From Antedon mediterranea (taxonomy: Eukaryota > Animalia > Echinodermata), in assembly GCF_964355755.1 (NCBI RefSeq), contig NC_092678.1, forward strand, positions 946,422 to 1,010,421: a stretch of DNA of 64,000 nt. Direction: 5' to 3'. Shown piece after piece: positions 33,514 to 45,998 of this stretch. The notes beneath the pieces were generated by a model, which searched no databases, was not told the DNA's origin, and saw nothing but the letters and a program-made list of their open reading frames with translations. A program made the position numbers and the translations under genes. Each line of letters starts with the position of its first letter. Position 1 is the stretch's first letter.

Positions 33514-34042
33514 GTTAAAAAAAAAAAAAACAAAAAAAAAATCCAAGACCAAATTAATGAAAATTTATTTAAAGTAATTTTAAAATTAATTCCAATTAGT
33601 TCATTTTTTTAAACAAAATTCTTATCGGGTTCTTGGTAGTTTCTTTTTCTGGAATTCTATGTATGTATGTTGTGTTATTGTTGTGTTTAAAAAAAAGAAA
33701 AAAAAAAAAAGAAAAATGAAGTGGAAGAAAAGAAAGAAAGAGCAAGTACGTGTGTAGAAGAACAAGAGGGAAGACAAAAGAAATAAAACAAGGAGGAATG
33801 TAGTGCCGCTACACAGATGCTTAAGCGGAGCGCGTCGCTCTAAACACCTGGACGCGCTCCGCCGTGTGTATCTTGGAACGTCAAGTACGTTAGGGACACT
33901 TGAGAAGTCGACGACGGAAACTAAACCTATATTATTACTACTCACTCATTATTATCATACAAAGACTATTATAATGGTGAGTATTTTACGTTGTAGTCTT
34001 TTATCGTAGTTAAGGAACTAAACCAAGAGACTAGCAATCTCT

Positions 34043-34540
34043 TAAAGAGATTGCTAGTCTCTTGGTTTAGTTCCTTAACTACGATAAAAGACTACAACGT
34101 AAAATACTCACCATTATAATAGTCTTTGTATGATAATAATGAGTGAGTAGTAATAATATAGGTTTAGTTTCCGTCGTCGACTTCTCAAGTGTCCCAAACG
34201 TACTTGACGTTCCAAGATACGCACGGCGGAGCGCGTCCAGGTGTTTAGAACGACGCGCTCCGCTTAAGCATCTGTGTAGCGGCACTACATTCCTCCTTGT
34301 TTTATTTCTTTTGTCTTCCCTCTTGTTCTTCTACACACGTACTTGCTCTTTCTTTCTTTTCTTCCACTTCATTTTTCTTCTTTTTTTTTTTTTTTTAAAC
34401 ACAACAATAACACAACATACATACATAGAATTCCAGAAAAAGAAACTACCAAGAACCCGATAAGAATTTTGTTTAAAAAAATGAACTAATTGGAATTAAT
34501 TTTAAAATTAATTTAAATAAATTTTCATTAATTTGGTCTT

Positions 34541-34583
<43 letters not shown>

Positions 34584-37500
34584 TATTCATAGGCAAACTG
34601 GGCGTGGAAGTGGAGGTTTTCCAAGAATCCCTCCAACATCCTAACCGCCGCTGCCCTCAGCTGGCCACTTCCCGGCTGAGCCGAACGCTCCACCACCTCC
34701 CGATTGGCATTGAATGCCGACCGCAGAGCAACTCTGTCGGCCCGCCTTAACTGGCATAACAGTGGCGTGGGTGAATGGATGTTGTTTTCCACGTTCGGTT
34801 GCCACCGTGCTTGGCGTGATGATGGTCCGGTCCGTTGACGTAGTGGTCCAGTTGGCTTAGGAAATCGACGGCGTCTGGGCTCCGCCGAGGTAGGCCTACC
34901 ATACCTCTGGCACAGCTCCACAAATGCCCCCTTATTATCCCTAGTGGCTCTCGCCACCAGGAAAAGGAGACACCGAGTGTGGAGCAGACCCAGCGGTGAC
35001 ACTAACGGCGATAGAGTGTTCGACTCGGGCATCTCGAGCCCCGCCGCCTCGCCCATCGACTCCATCATCTTCCTTAGAGATTTGGTGAAGAAGAATCCAG
35101 GCTGGATTCTCCCCTCGGCGTTGAAAAGTGCTACCGCCTTGGTGACACTCCCGCCGCACTCCGGAACGAGTTTCACTAACTCCTGGATGAAACTCCAGCG
35201 CCGAGATGAGGTGGTCGACGATACCTCCGGCGATGTTTCCGTCATGAATGGCGGTATGTGGTGCGTCAGGTGTTGTTTTGGGTTTTCGGGCACCCGGCCA
35301 CATCCTGCCACTGGACACAGGAATGCCCGACGTGACCGCTTACCCGATTCCCTCTGACCGCCTTCAGGATGAGGTCTTTTGTTGTCTTTCGACCGTTTGT
35401 CGGCCTTTCCCTGAGATTTAACTTTTGGTACCGCCCCAGCACTAGGTGGAACAGCACTGGTCGCCGTACCAACGAGACGGACGTCTCGGCACGCAAAGTC
35501 CGACTCCTTACTTCCCGGAGTTCGCCATACCTTCACGGCTGGCGCGGCGGGAAGCAACTCTTTACGAAAAATGGAGGGGGACTTTGGCCTCTCCGGCGAT
35601 CCTGCCAAGACCTCTGGCGTCTCTCTGCCCTCAACTACTGGCGGATCTAGGTCCCCGACCTCCATCGCCACATCATCTTCTTCCAATCCAGTAGGTGAAG
35701 GTGGAGACTTTCGTTTCGCAGCTGGTTTGCCCAACGGCGGGAAGTCTTCCACCTGCAGCAGGAACAATTCCTCCTCCACCGTTACTCGATCGGAAGTAGT
35801 GCAGTTATCCATCTGTAAAACATTAAGAGGCAAAACACAAGTTTAGTACAAGATAGTATTTCTACCCCTCGATTACAAATTGTTGGGACGAAAACTCTGG
35901 CGCCTGTAACAAATAGTGATCATCGTTTCCGCCAGAGGAGTTCCAACATCTCTTCAGAGCTAGTTATCGAGTTATTTGTGATGTCACTGCCGTGAAGAAT
36001 GTACAACGTAAGTAGTACATGGCTGCTTTCCCCTTCTTACCTAAGTGAAAAGCCTCCTTCTTCTCCGCCAGGTTCCATCCACTAATTCAGGCATACCCCT
36101 CAAATCTATCCCAGAAAATGTACCAGTCATTTTGACCGAAAAATTCCAGGTTTCTCTGAGGGCGGAAAGGTAGTCTTTTCCGACGCTCACCTCGCCATTC
36201 TTCATTATGACCGTATCAACCACGCAAGTGGTCCTTATTCACATAATGAACTCAGCGCGGATCACGTCCGAAACTTCCGCCATTACTCTCTCTTCGGACG
36301 TACTCGTTCGTATTGTCCTCATTACCGCGATCTCGATCATTGTAATCGAAACCTCGACAATCAGTCCGAACTTGACCGACATCGTCCGAGTAGCGTTTAT
36401 AGCGATTACCGTCGATGTACCCCCGTGGCGACATTCCCATTCTACTACCCCGATTTAGGATACCGTCGTTCAGGCTCTCAATCTCTTGCGTCCCCTTGGC
36501 GATTTATTGATCGCCAAGGAACTCGACCGCGTTCCATAGGCACAAACCTATTGGACTCGCCGCCAGTTCGTTCATCGAAACGCATGTTGTCATCGCCCGG
36601 ATAATGAGAGTCGCGATTTCAGATATCCCCATTAGGAGTACCGTAGTTGGAACAGGAATTAAACCGCCTATCCGTGGTTACATTCGACACAGAGTTAACG
36701 TCAGGAATAACTGCTCCTCCTCCCCGTTAAAACTAATCGACGCATTCTTTGAAGTCACCTGATTATTAGGATTAACTTCAAGATCAGACCCTTCAAAGAC
36801 CTCGTCAGTACTATCCTTTTATGATTTTCGCCGATGTCGGCGCATTATTATTATTTTTTTTTTTTTTAACAGAGCCGGTGCTTTCTTCGTTATAAGCAAA
36901 CACCGAATAAAGCACGTAGTTGATGCCATATAGCTATCTAGATCCGCAACTAATGTTACGTCTCCCGATCACGTGCAAGAACTCGTTCCGACCTCCAACC
37001 ATTTCCCTCAGTCTTCTTACATTGAGCGAACTAGTTTACCATAAAACTCGCCCTTCTTCTAGTATACTCGTTCAGAATTACCGAGTTATACTGTGACTGA
37101 ACTAAATTTACCGTTGGAATCTTTCGATTGAATTAGTCACCAATGAATATAGTAGGCACATTTAGAAAGAACACACAGAACAATATCACAATGTAAGCTA
37201 ATAATAAATTCTTTATAATCTCAAATAAATGTCCACTTCATTGATTCCTAAAACAACTACAACCCAACAGTAAATAATCGCGTAATAATAGAATTATGAG
37301 CATTCGCCTGAGCGTACCGGCGTGCGTATAACTAAAACTCACATCCACATCCTAAAAATAGTATTCTAAAAATAGGATGTTTCCGTAAAGTAAATAGCCA
37401 ATCAGAAACTATTAGTACATAGAATTCTTTCATTGCTCAACCAATCAGAGTACGCACGTAACCGCGTCATCATCGCTTGCATTTTCATTCCCTGGATAGT

Positions 37501-38593
37501 GCACAGCTCGCGCTGCACGACCCTCTCAGGTAGCGACTATGCGAATGCAATGATATGATTGGTTGCTGTAGCCTAGCCAATCGTATGATGTCCAAGAACT
37601 GCGCGGCAGTTTGTTCGAATGGAATAAGACCTGGATGAGATCTGAAACAATATCGAAAAACTATCGCCCAAGACTCGAAGGATCTAGGCCTAATACAATT
37701 GACCAGTATATTTTCAACCATCTTCCCTCTAATGAAATTTTTTTTTTTTTTTCAAAAAAGGCAAAGGTTTAATTTATTTTTGCGGTTCATGATAAACTAA
37801 TAAAATAAATAAATAAATTCTTCCAACACTGCCGACTTCCAGTGAAGGAACGACGTAAACAACTGGCCCACTAATATGATAACTAATACTTCCTAGCCTA
37901 ACCTAATCGTATATTTTCCGAAATCGGACATGAAACACGGGCCATGTCGTTTCGTTCTGGAATCACGAGTCCAGCGGGTTAACATACAAAACCCATTCAC
38001 GTCACGAGCGTGAACATTCATGTCACGAGCATGAAATTCATGTCACGAGCATGAATAATAATATTCTTATACTACAGTTTCATCTAGTATAGGCCAATCG
38101 TTCATTCGTCGAATATTAAATATAAAAAATAAAAATAATAAATCCTAATCTACTATTCATCCCCAACTCTCGGAGAGAACATGAACTTATAAGAAACATT
38201 CACGTTCTTATCCTCGAGACGGTGATGAATTGGCGAGGGCCGATACATTGAATGTAAATATAAACAACGCACGTCCAGATTCGCGTATTTTCGGCGTCAT
38301 ATTTCGCCAGAAAAATATCGCGTTTAATTTTAATCCTCGTCGCCAATAAAGAGATTGCTAGTCTCTTGGTTTAGTTCCTTAACTACGATAAAAGACTACA
38401 ACGTAAAATACTCACCATTGTAATAGTCTTTGTATGATAATAATAAGTGAGTAGTAATAATATAGGTTTAGTTTCCGTCGTCGACTTCTCAAGTGTCCCT
38501 AACGTACTTGACGTTCCAAGATACACACGGCGGAGCGCGTCCAGGTGTTTAGAGCGACGCGCTCCGCTTAAGCATCTGTGTAGCGGCACTACA
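34043..38593 (-). mobile_element. Non-autonomous Gypsy-type LTR element, copy B, inverted and nested in the end of copy A's 3' LTR
   Basis: LTRs 38593-38347 and 34289-34043 (247 bp each), PBS 38345-38333, TSD CTCT at 34039-34042 and 38594-38597. Confidence 0.92.
34583..35812 (-). CDS. Uncharacterised 409-aa accessory protein, copy B
   Basis: Intact mirror of 32284-33513 with 7 amino-acid differences. Confidence 0.75.
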
Positions 38594-39665
38594 CTCTTTA
38601 GAATGTTGTACAGTAAAATATGCAGATGACACAGTCATCACTGGATACATTACTGGCAATGATGAAACAAGCTATAGACAACTAGGATGTGATTTTTATC
38701 ACTGGTGCTGCAATAACAACCTGAAACTAAACATAAAGAAAACAAAAGAAATGCAAATTGATTTTAGGAAAATTAAAGAACCCTTAGAACCTCTGATTAT
38801 AAATGAAAATGAGATTGAAGTAGTAAATGAGTACAAATATCTGGGTTGTATAATTGACAATAAGCTAAATTGGATAAATAATGTAAATAAAGCCACATGC
38901 AAAGCCAACCAAAGGATGTTTATTTTAAGAAAAATGAAGTACCTACTAATTGACAAAACTATACTTAAATTGTTTTATAACTCTGTAATTCTCAGTGTAA
39001 TACTTTTTTGTAATGTTTGTTTTTATGGTAATACAATGCAAAAAGATAAAATTAAACTTAATCGAATAGGAAATAGAGCAATTAGACTAGTAGGAGAGCA
39101 CTTACCTGATGTTGAATCCTTGTATAAAGAAAATGTGTTTAAAAAAGTAAAAAGTATCATTGATGATGAAACACATCCTCTTCACAAACAATTTGCTCTC
39201 ATGAATTCTGGCATAAGACTACGTGCACTTAATACCAAAACAAAACGGTTTAGGTGCTCGTTTGTACCTAATGCTATACACTTATATAACTCCAGAGTAC
39301 AAAGGTAAAATGTAACCGATAATTTTTATCTAATTTTAACAATTTTTAGCCTCTTAACTTTTTGTGTGTGTTTTTGTAAATTGTATTTTATATTTTTGTA
39401 TTTTGCCAGTTTTCAAATCACATTTCTGTTTTTTAAATGGACAATAAAGTATATATGACTATGACTATGACTATGACTATTTTTACTATCGGAGAGTACG
39501 GGAACCATTGAACTATAAAAGTGATTAACAATAGAGGGGGTAGTTGTGTTTTTGCTGCTATCGTTACGGGAACCATTTGACTCACTGCGACTACCAACAA
39601 TAGAGGGGGTAATTGCGGTACTTTATATTCTCCAGCCGTTTGATGGCGCTTTGTTTGTTGCCATT

Positions 39666-39675
39666 GTCATGTGAT
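39666..39675 (+). promoter_or_regulatory. CLEAR/M-box-like E-box upstream of ATP6AP1
   Basis: GTCATGTGAT ~70 bp before the ATG. MiT/TFE control of V-ATPase genes is established, function here is inferred. Confidence 0.45.
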
Positions 39676-39739
39676 CATTATCATCGGTCATAAAAAAATT
39701 GTTTTGATTTCGAGGAGTGATATAAAATCGCTTACAAAA

Positions 39740-42434
39740 ATGGATAAACAAAATATATTTACAATTTTGTTGTTTCAGTTAACTACAATAGTTATTGGAA
39801 AACATGTTCCAGTTATCGGATGGTCAAATTCCAGGTTAGATTTTTAAATATAAATCTAATAAAATAAGGGTATGGCTAGCCTAGTCCCACCAGCCAGGCC
39901 AAGTTTACTACTTTCCCCTCTGCTCTGCTCTAACCTGGCTGATCGCTTGTGATGTAGTAGGCGGTGTGACTGTGGTCGTTTCGCCACTTGGTTTTTGTGC
40001 AAATGGTTAGCCGTTTTAAGGTATGTTGAGTTAATGATTTTCAGTAGTGTTTCACATTTTAATTTATTAAATTGTTATAGGTTGTTGGAAAAAACTCCTA
40101 CAATTCCGGCTGGTCACTTTGTTAACTCCGACTTCCTTCAAAAGAATTACTTGGATAGACTTGTTGCCTCAACAGCACCACATACTATATGTGTTTTTGT
40201 CATTGACAAGGTAAGAATATATAATCAAACATAATGTAAATACTATGACTGTAACTAATTATTGAAAACATTAATATATAACTACTTATGCTCTAACTAA
40301 ACTGCTACTTTTTTTCCTACCTACAGCTGAGTATTGATGATATTACGAAATACAGTGACGCGTACAACAGCGACAGTACTGGAAATGCACTTGCTAATCT
40401 AAGGGTAAATTTAGAAAATAAACATCTAAATATTCAGTGATATCCGTTTGATAATTCAGTTATTATTCACTTTGTATATTTCTGTATAATGTCATCCACA
40501 GGTTGCTTTGGAGACGTCTGCATCCTCAATTGTCCTACCATCTGTCGATTCATCACAACTGGGATCGTACTTGAGTTCAAAGGTCAATGGTCAAGTGATT
40601 GAGTTAATTGACCCATCATCTCTTAAGGACAAGTCACTGGACGCAACTAAAACAAATGTTATAATCTTTCAGCTGACCACCTCCCCAAACACGTAGGTTT
40701 TTAGCTTTGATAATTGACCTGTTGTCACCTCAAATAACACTTTTAAAACCCTAAAAAAACACTATCTTTCAAAATCCAAAAATAAATCATAAAACTTAAT
40801 GCACAATATCACAGTAAATATTTTGTTTTTCAGCAATGACCGTGAGAATGAAATACGAGAAGCTGATAAAATGATAGAAGTTGTAATGTCTGAACTTAAT
40901 TCGATGTCGACACCATATACAGCATTGCTTACAGCTCAACAAGCCCCTATAAAGGTACATATGACATCTATATCGAACTGGAAAAAAGCAACAGTTCCAG
41001 TAAACAATTTGTTCATTGAAATTGTTTTCTTATTTTTCAGAAAAAGCTAACCGTTAATTCTAAAGATTCGGTGAAAGTCGGTAGGCATATTTTAGAAAGT
41101 AACGGCCAAGATGACAAGTTTTTCTTTGCCAACTACACTGAGGGCGCTTGTCAGGTGTTTTTTTACAGTGAAAGTGTGATCGTAGAAAAAGCTGATGGCA
41201 AAGATTCCTTGCCTCAAGAAACATGGGACACAACTGGATCCAATTGTACAAGTACTAAGAGTGTATTGTAAGCAACAAACACAATACATATCGCCCTCTA
41301 TATTACTATTACAAAGCAGGCACTTTATCCGCAAACATTCCTTATCCTTAAATTCCTTATCCTTAAATTTTTAGAAATAAATGTAACCTATGACAGGAAC
41401 TACCCTCAAATGTCCACAGTGAGCGATACTATTTCACATAATGTACACAAGATGATAATAAAATGTTATTTCAATTTTAGTTTGGTGATGTCAAATGACA
41501 ATGGTACAAATAGTTATAAGTTTGAGTAAGTACAACCTATTATTACATTTCAGAACACTCAAAGTTCACCACTGAAAAACAAAATGAATATTGCAGAGAC
41601 ATTGCTGCTATACTTTATGCATTCTTTCTAATATTGTAGCTTTATGCATTTTTATTTACAGGATGGATATTCAACTAGATAAATACAATTTCTGGAACGT
41701 GATAAATGCAACGTTTACCATGGATACAAATGGGACTCAACTAAAGCAAGCTATTGACATGACGTTTGTAGAGACTCCAAAACAGTTCTCGTACCATTGT
41801 GTCCAATCAGAAGCAAAGGGCACAGGTAGTGGTGACTTGAAAGTTATATTCAACGACTTACAGGTTAGTAGTGAACAATGCTATATCTAATATTTAGTGC
41901 TGCATATCAACTTTTAAGTGATAATTGTATTAATATATATTTATTATAATTTAATACTACATATTGCCTACATTGGACAATATTACCTACATTGGACAAT
42001 ATTGCCTACATTGGACAATATTGCCTACATTGGACAATATTGCCTACATTGGACAATATTGCCTACATTGGACAATATTACCTACATTGGACAATATTAC
42101 CTACATTGGACAATATTACCTACATTGGACAATATTACCTACATTGGACAATATTCATGCTATTGCTGTGTAACCTTCATATTTTCATAGAATAAATAAT
42201 AAAACATGTTTTTCTTTTTAGATGCAATCATTCAAAATCGAAAATAATCAATTCTCGTACCCGAATGATTGTATTGGTTTCTTTTCCGAAGGGATTTGGA
42301 TGGGATTAGTAACCGGCTTAATTGTAATCCTAATCCTGGCATTCGGGTTTGGAATGCTCGCGAGTCTTTCAGTCATGGATAAGTTCGACGATCCAAAGGG
42401 AAAAACTATAACAGTTGCGCAATCATCCGAATAG
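39740..42434 (+). CDS. ATP6AP1: V-type proton ATPase accessory subunit S1 (Ac45), ~9 exons
   Basis: Signal peptide then HVPVIGWS, DKLSIDDITKY, YTALLTA, GRHIL, FSYHC, and C-terminal DCIGFFSEGIWMGL-TM-MDKFDDPKGKTITV. GT-AG introns. Confidence 0.93.
41961..42155. repeat. 19-bp minisatellite (~10 copies) in ATP6AP1 intron
   Basis: Unit tatt(g/a)cctacattggacaa. Confidence 0.95.
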
Positions 42435-43147
42435 TATTTTTTGGAATATTTAAGTAGTACTGAATTTAAATTATGAATATATTACATTTCAATTATACAT
42501 TTTTGTGGGTGGTGTATACTGTTGAAATTATTAGCAAATGTTTTGTTTACAGACTTGTCTTTTCACATCTATTTACCGTAAACATGAAAACATTAATTGC
42601 AACTAAAGGAAGACATAATTAAATATAAACAGATAAGTAGGGATAGAGTAAGGTGCAATTTAGTTACAAGCTGGGAGGTTTAATAAAACAAAACTTGTGA
42701 TGGGGTGGCAACTAATATTTATGTCTATAGCTAGCTACACTTGGCCTGCATTTAAATGTCAATATTAAAATACATAGATTTCATTTAATTCACATTTATT
42801 TAGTCATCAATTACAGTACAACTAGACTAGTGTGAACATACAAGTACTGCACTATAAAATCAAAGACCAACAATTTATTTACTATATTAGTGAAATCAAA
42901 ATCATCTAATAGACATTGTGATGTGGTAGATATGGTAATAAAAAATATGATACATTATGCGATATTTGTTGTTTTTCTTTTTACATTGAATGTTTACACT
43001 CTCAACATTGTTTGTCATTAAAAACATTCTGTGTTTGCTGAATATACTAATAAAAATACAGATACTTATAGACCGTAGAAAAGAGAGGGGGGGGGGGGAA
43101 ACAGATACGTATGAAATTTAGTAAAATTTACGTAAAACTACTTATAA

Positions 43148-43289
43148 TGTAATCCATGTGAGGTGTAGCGCTTGAACGCGTTCTGAGCGGCGATGTCGTC
43201 TTTGGCTTGTAACTGTACTAGTGATTATAACCTGTGTACCGGTTAGATTTATTGACAAATTAAAACAAATAAAACACCATTATTCAACA
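43148..43289 (+). mobile_element. Candidate short solo LTR (different family)
   Basis: TGT...ACA termini, AATAAA near the 3' end, 4-bp direct repeat ATAA on both sides. An AT-rich TSD could be chance. Confidence 0.5.
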
Positions 43290-44937
43290 ATAATATATAC
43301 ATAATACATACAATATTATTCATTATTTAATTACAGTATAGAGAATTTACTTTAATCGTAATGGTGCTTACCCAATGTTCTCCGTTATTGTTCTTTATTA
43401 AATATATCATAAATAATGTTCTTCGTATATTAAATTGACATAAAATAAAGATATTGAAAGGTTAGGTCGGTTCTAATGATGATTTAAGAATGTAAGCCTA
43501 TTCCTATAGTTTTGTTCTTACAGCCCTTTTGTTTTTAATATCTGAACAGTCACGTGACTTTTCATTTTTTTGACGGTGGTAAAATCAAAATGAAATGGTA
43601 AGTTAATTGCTCATTTAAAATCCATTAAAATCCTTCATTATGATTCAGTCTTGCAAAAAATGACTATAAATTGTTGTAAAAAAATGGTTATAATGTAGCT
43701 TCCTTTGTGTTTGATAAAGTTTTTATACGTAGAAAGCAATTTTTATATGGTTTTGAGCCCTAGGCTAGAACAGATAATGCCCCGGGGTAGTCGTCTGCTT
43801 TCTTTACCGAATGTATGGCCCCTCGGGCATGATCATCGAATGCCTTATTATAGGGCTACATTTATCTTAATGTTATTTAGCACAGTACGCGGAAGTAGTC
43901 CCATTGATATAATATGTTTGATCTTAAACATTCCAGTTTCTTTTTAATTTAATTTTAAGCACAATATATGATGCAGATTGTGGAAAAATTCTAGCCTAAA
44001 AAATATCGCACCACACAGAGCAGCAGCAGAAAATGGATGGAACCACCATGATCACGAAGAGGCAGTGTCTGGTTGTCATCTTGCCTAGGCTACTTCTTGT
44101 AAGTATAGGCCCTATTATTAGTATTTGATTATTAATAAAAATCATACAATATATTAATGTCTTGTGTACCACCGTCAATTTTATTTTTAATTTTATAATT
44201 ATTATTAATTATTACAAAGGTCAAATAGGGCCCGAGGCATATCTACATAAAAACAGACAATACAAAAAAATAATGATAGAAAAAATACATTTTAAATTCA
44301 CAATTGAGTGAAACTTTAATTTGAGTGAATACACCAATTATTATTATTATTATTAATTATTCATATTAAATATATCATTGATGGCTACTTAATTAAAAAT
44401 AATTTTGGATTTAAAATGTAAAACAAAATTTCAGCAAAATAGACCAAGCCAAAAATACACATGGTTATTATATTACATTAATAAATGCTGCGAATAAAAA
44501 CATATATATTATATTTCATTTTCTAATCTATAGATAGATATATGTTTGCAGAAGGCAAATAAAATTGTGAAATAAAGTTTCTTTGACTCCTTTATTTCAC
44601 ATCTGGCAAAGCCCAAGCTTACTATTTCAATATTTAATAAAGCATGTGGTCCTCCAAACATAGATAGAGATATTACACTATAATGCCAATGAGCCACAAG
44701 TACTGTTTTGGTTGCTTCATCCAACTTCTTATCGGCTTTTTCCACTGGTCTGAACCACTCAAAGTCAGCTTCACTGCCACGCCCACGTCAGCTGCACTGC
44801 CATGGCCACAACGGCTATGAAACACAAATATACAACATAACAGAATATTTTTGTAGAGCAGTAATTGCTTCTTTATTGAGCTTAATCACATAGCAATAAC
44901 AACTAAAACAACAACAGTATATCATATATATACCGTT

Positions 44938-45170
44938 CATATCTAAGCCTAGGTCTGGGCACCTCTGCATATATCAAAGCCTAGGTCTGGGCACCTCTGC
45001 ATATATCAAAGCCTAGGTCTGGGCACCTCTGCATATATCAAAGCCTAGGTCTGGGCACCTCTGCATATATCAAAGCCTTGGTAGGTCTGACCACCTCTGC
45101 ATATCTAAGCCTAGGTCTGACCACCTTTGTATATCTAAGCCTAGGTATGGACACCATTGCTTATCTAGGC
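44938..45170. repeat. 32-bp minisatellite
   Basis: Unit atatatcaaagcctaggtctgggcacctctgc, degrading rightwards. Confidence 0.9.
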
Positions 45171-45752
45171 CTTAAATCATGGAGCTCTAAATGACTTCAT
45201 GCTCAAATCATGCAGGCTGTATTCCACAAACTAAATAAATGGTTCTTCATTGATACAGTAGACTAAACTACCTGTAGCCCAACATACCGTAAGCTGTAGC
45301 TCCCTATCCACTCATCTGGACTGCAAGTGAAGCCTTCTAATTCCTATTTTCCTTTCTTTCTTTTACTTTATGCAAATTGTGTAGCCTATTGTTGTAAGCT
45401 GCAAGCTCACCTGGGTGAAATTATCTATGCAAATTGTCCTTAATGTATTATGAAGAACATAACAAAAAAAAAAAGTTAAATTGAGTTTTGTACTATATCC
45501 TTCATAAATAAAATACTACAAGAGTAATTTAATTTATTTTATTCCAAAGTTAAATATGAAGCAAAAGTGTCTACTCTTTATTGGCCTTACGTATTAGATT
45601 CAGGCCAAAACAACACTCATATACACAAAAACCAGGTTTGGTATATTACCAACTATATATCGGTGTACTAAACAAACGCACCACTAGCAAATTTTCTTTA
45701 GCAATTTCCTATTTTTAAGCCAAATTTAAAAATGATAATATCAAAGTAAAAC

Positions 45753-45998
45753 TGTTTTTGTGCCATGCCAGTATGCAATATGGCAATGTTTTTGTGCCAT
45801 GCCAGTATGCAATATGGCAATGTTTTTGTACCATGCCAGTATGCAATATGGCAATGTTTTTGTGCCATGCCAGTATGCAATATGGCAATGTTTTTGTGCC
45901 ATGCCAGTATGCAATATGGCAATGTTTATGTGCCATGCCAGTATGCAATATGGCAATGTTTTTGTGCCATGCCAGTATGCAATATGGCAATGTTTTTG
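45753..45998. repeat. 34-bp minisatellite (7 copies)
   Basis: Unit gtttttgtgccatgccagtatgcaatatggcaat. Confidence 0.95.

Larger units (their letters stand above)
29497..34042 (+). mobile_element. Non-autonomous Gypsy-type LTR element, copy A (its last 3 bp TTA are displaced to 38598-38600)
   Basis: 247-bp TG...TA LTRs (29497-29743; 33799-34042 plus 38598-38600). PBS TGGCGACGAGGAT (29745-29757) is complementary to the tRNA-Ser(GCU) 3' end. Purine tract precedes the 3' LTR. TSD GAAT at 29493-29496 and 38601-38604. No RT or integrase. Confidence 0.92.
29400..39480 (+). mobile_element. 5'-truncated Rex/Babar-like (CR1-group) LINE split by the LTR dimer (pieces ~29400-29496 and 38601-39480)
   Basis: Left piece LTVSIGTPQGSVISPMLFSLFTSSFRANSNE continues in frame, after removing the insert and one GAAT, into CCTVKYADDTVITG..WCCNNNLKLNIKKTKEMQIDFRK..YKYLG to the stop at 39308. 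Ends with AATAAA and a (TGACTA)n tail. Confidence 0.9.

Noticed and set aside
29497-38593. Palindrome as a hairpin-read or assembly artefact, or a breakage-fusion fold-back
   Set aside because: The arms differ by many substitutions and an 11-bp indel (~30385 vs ~37710), both copies have distinct TSDs, and the flanks rejoin into an in-frame LINE RT.
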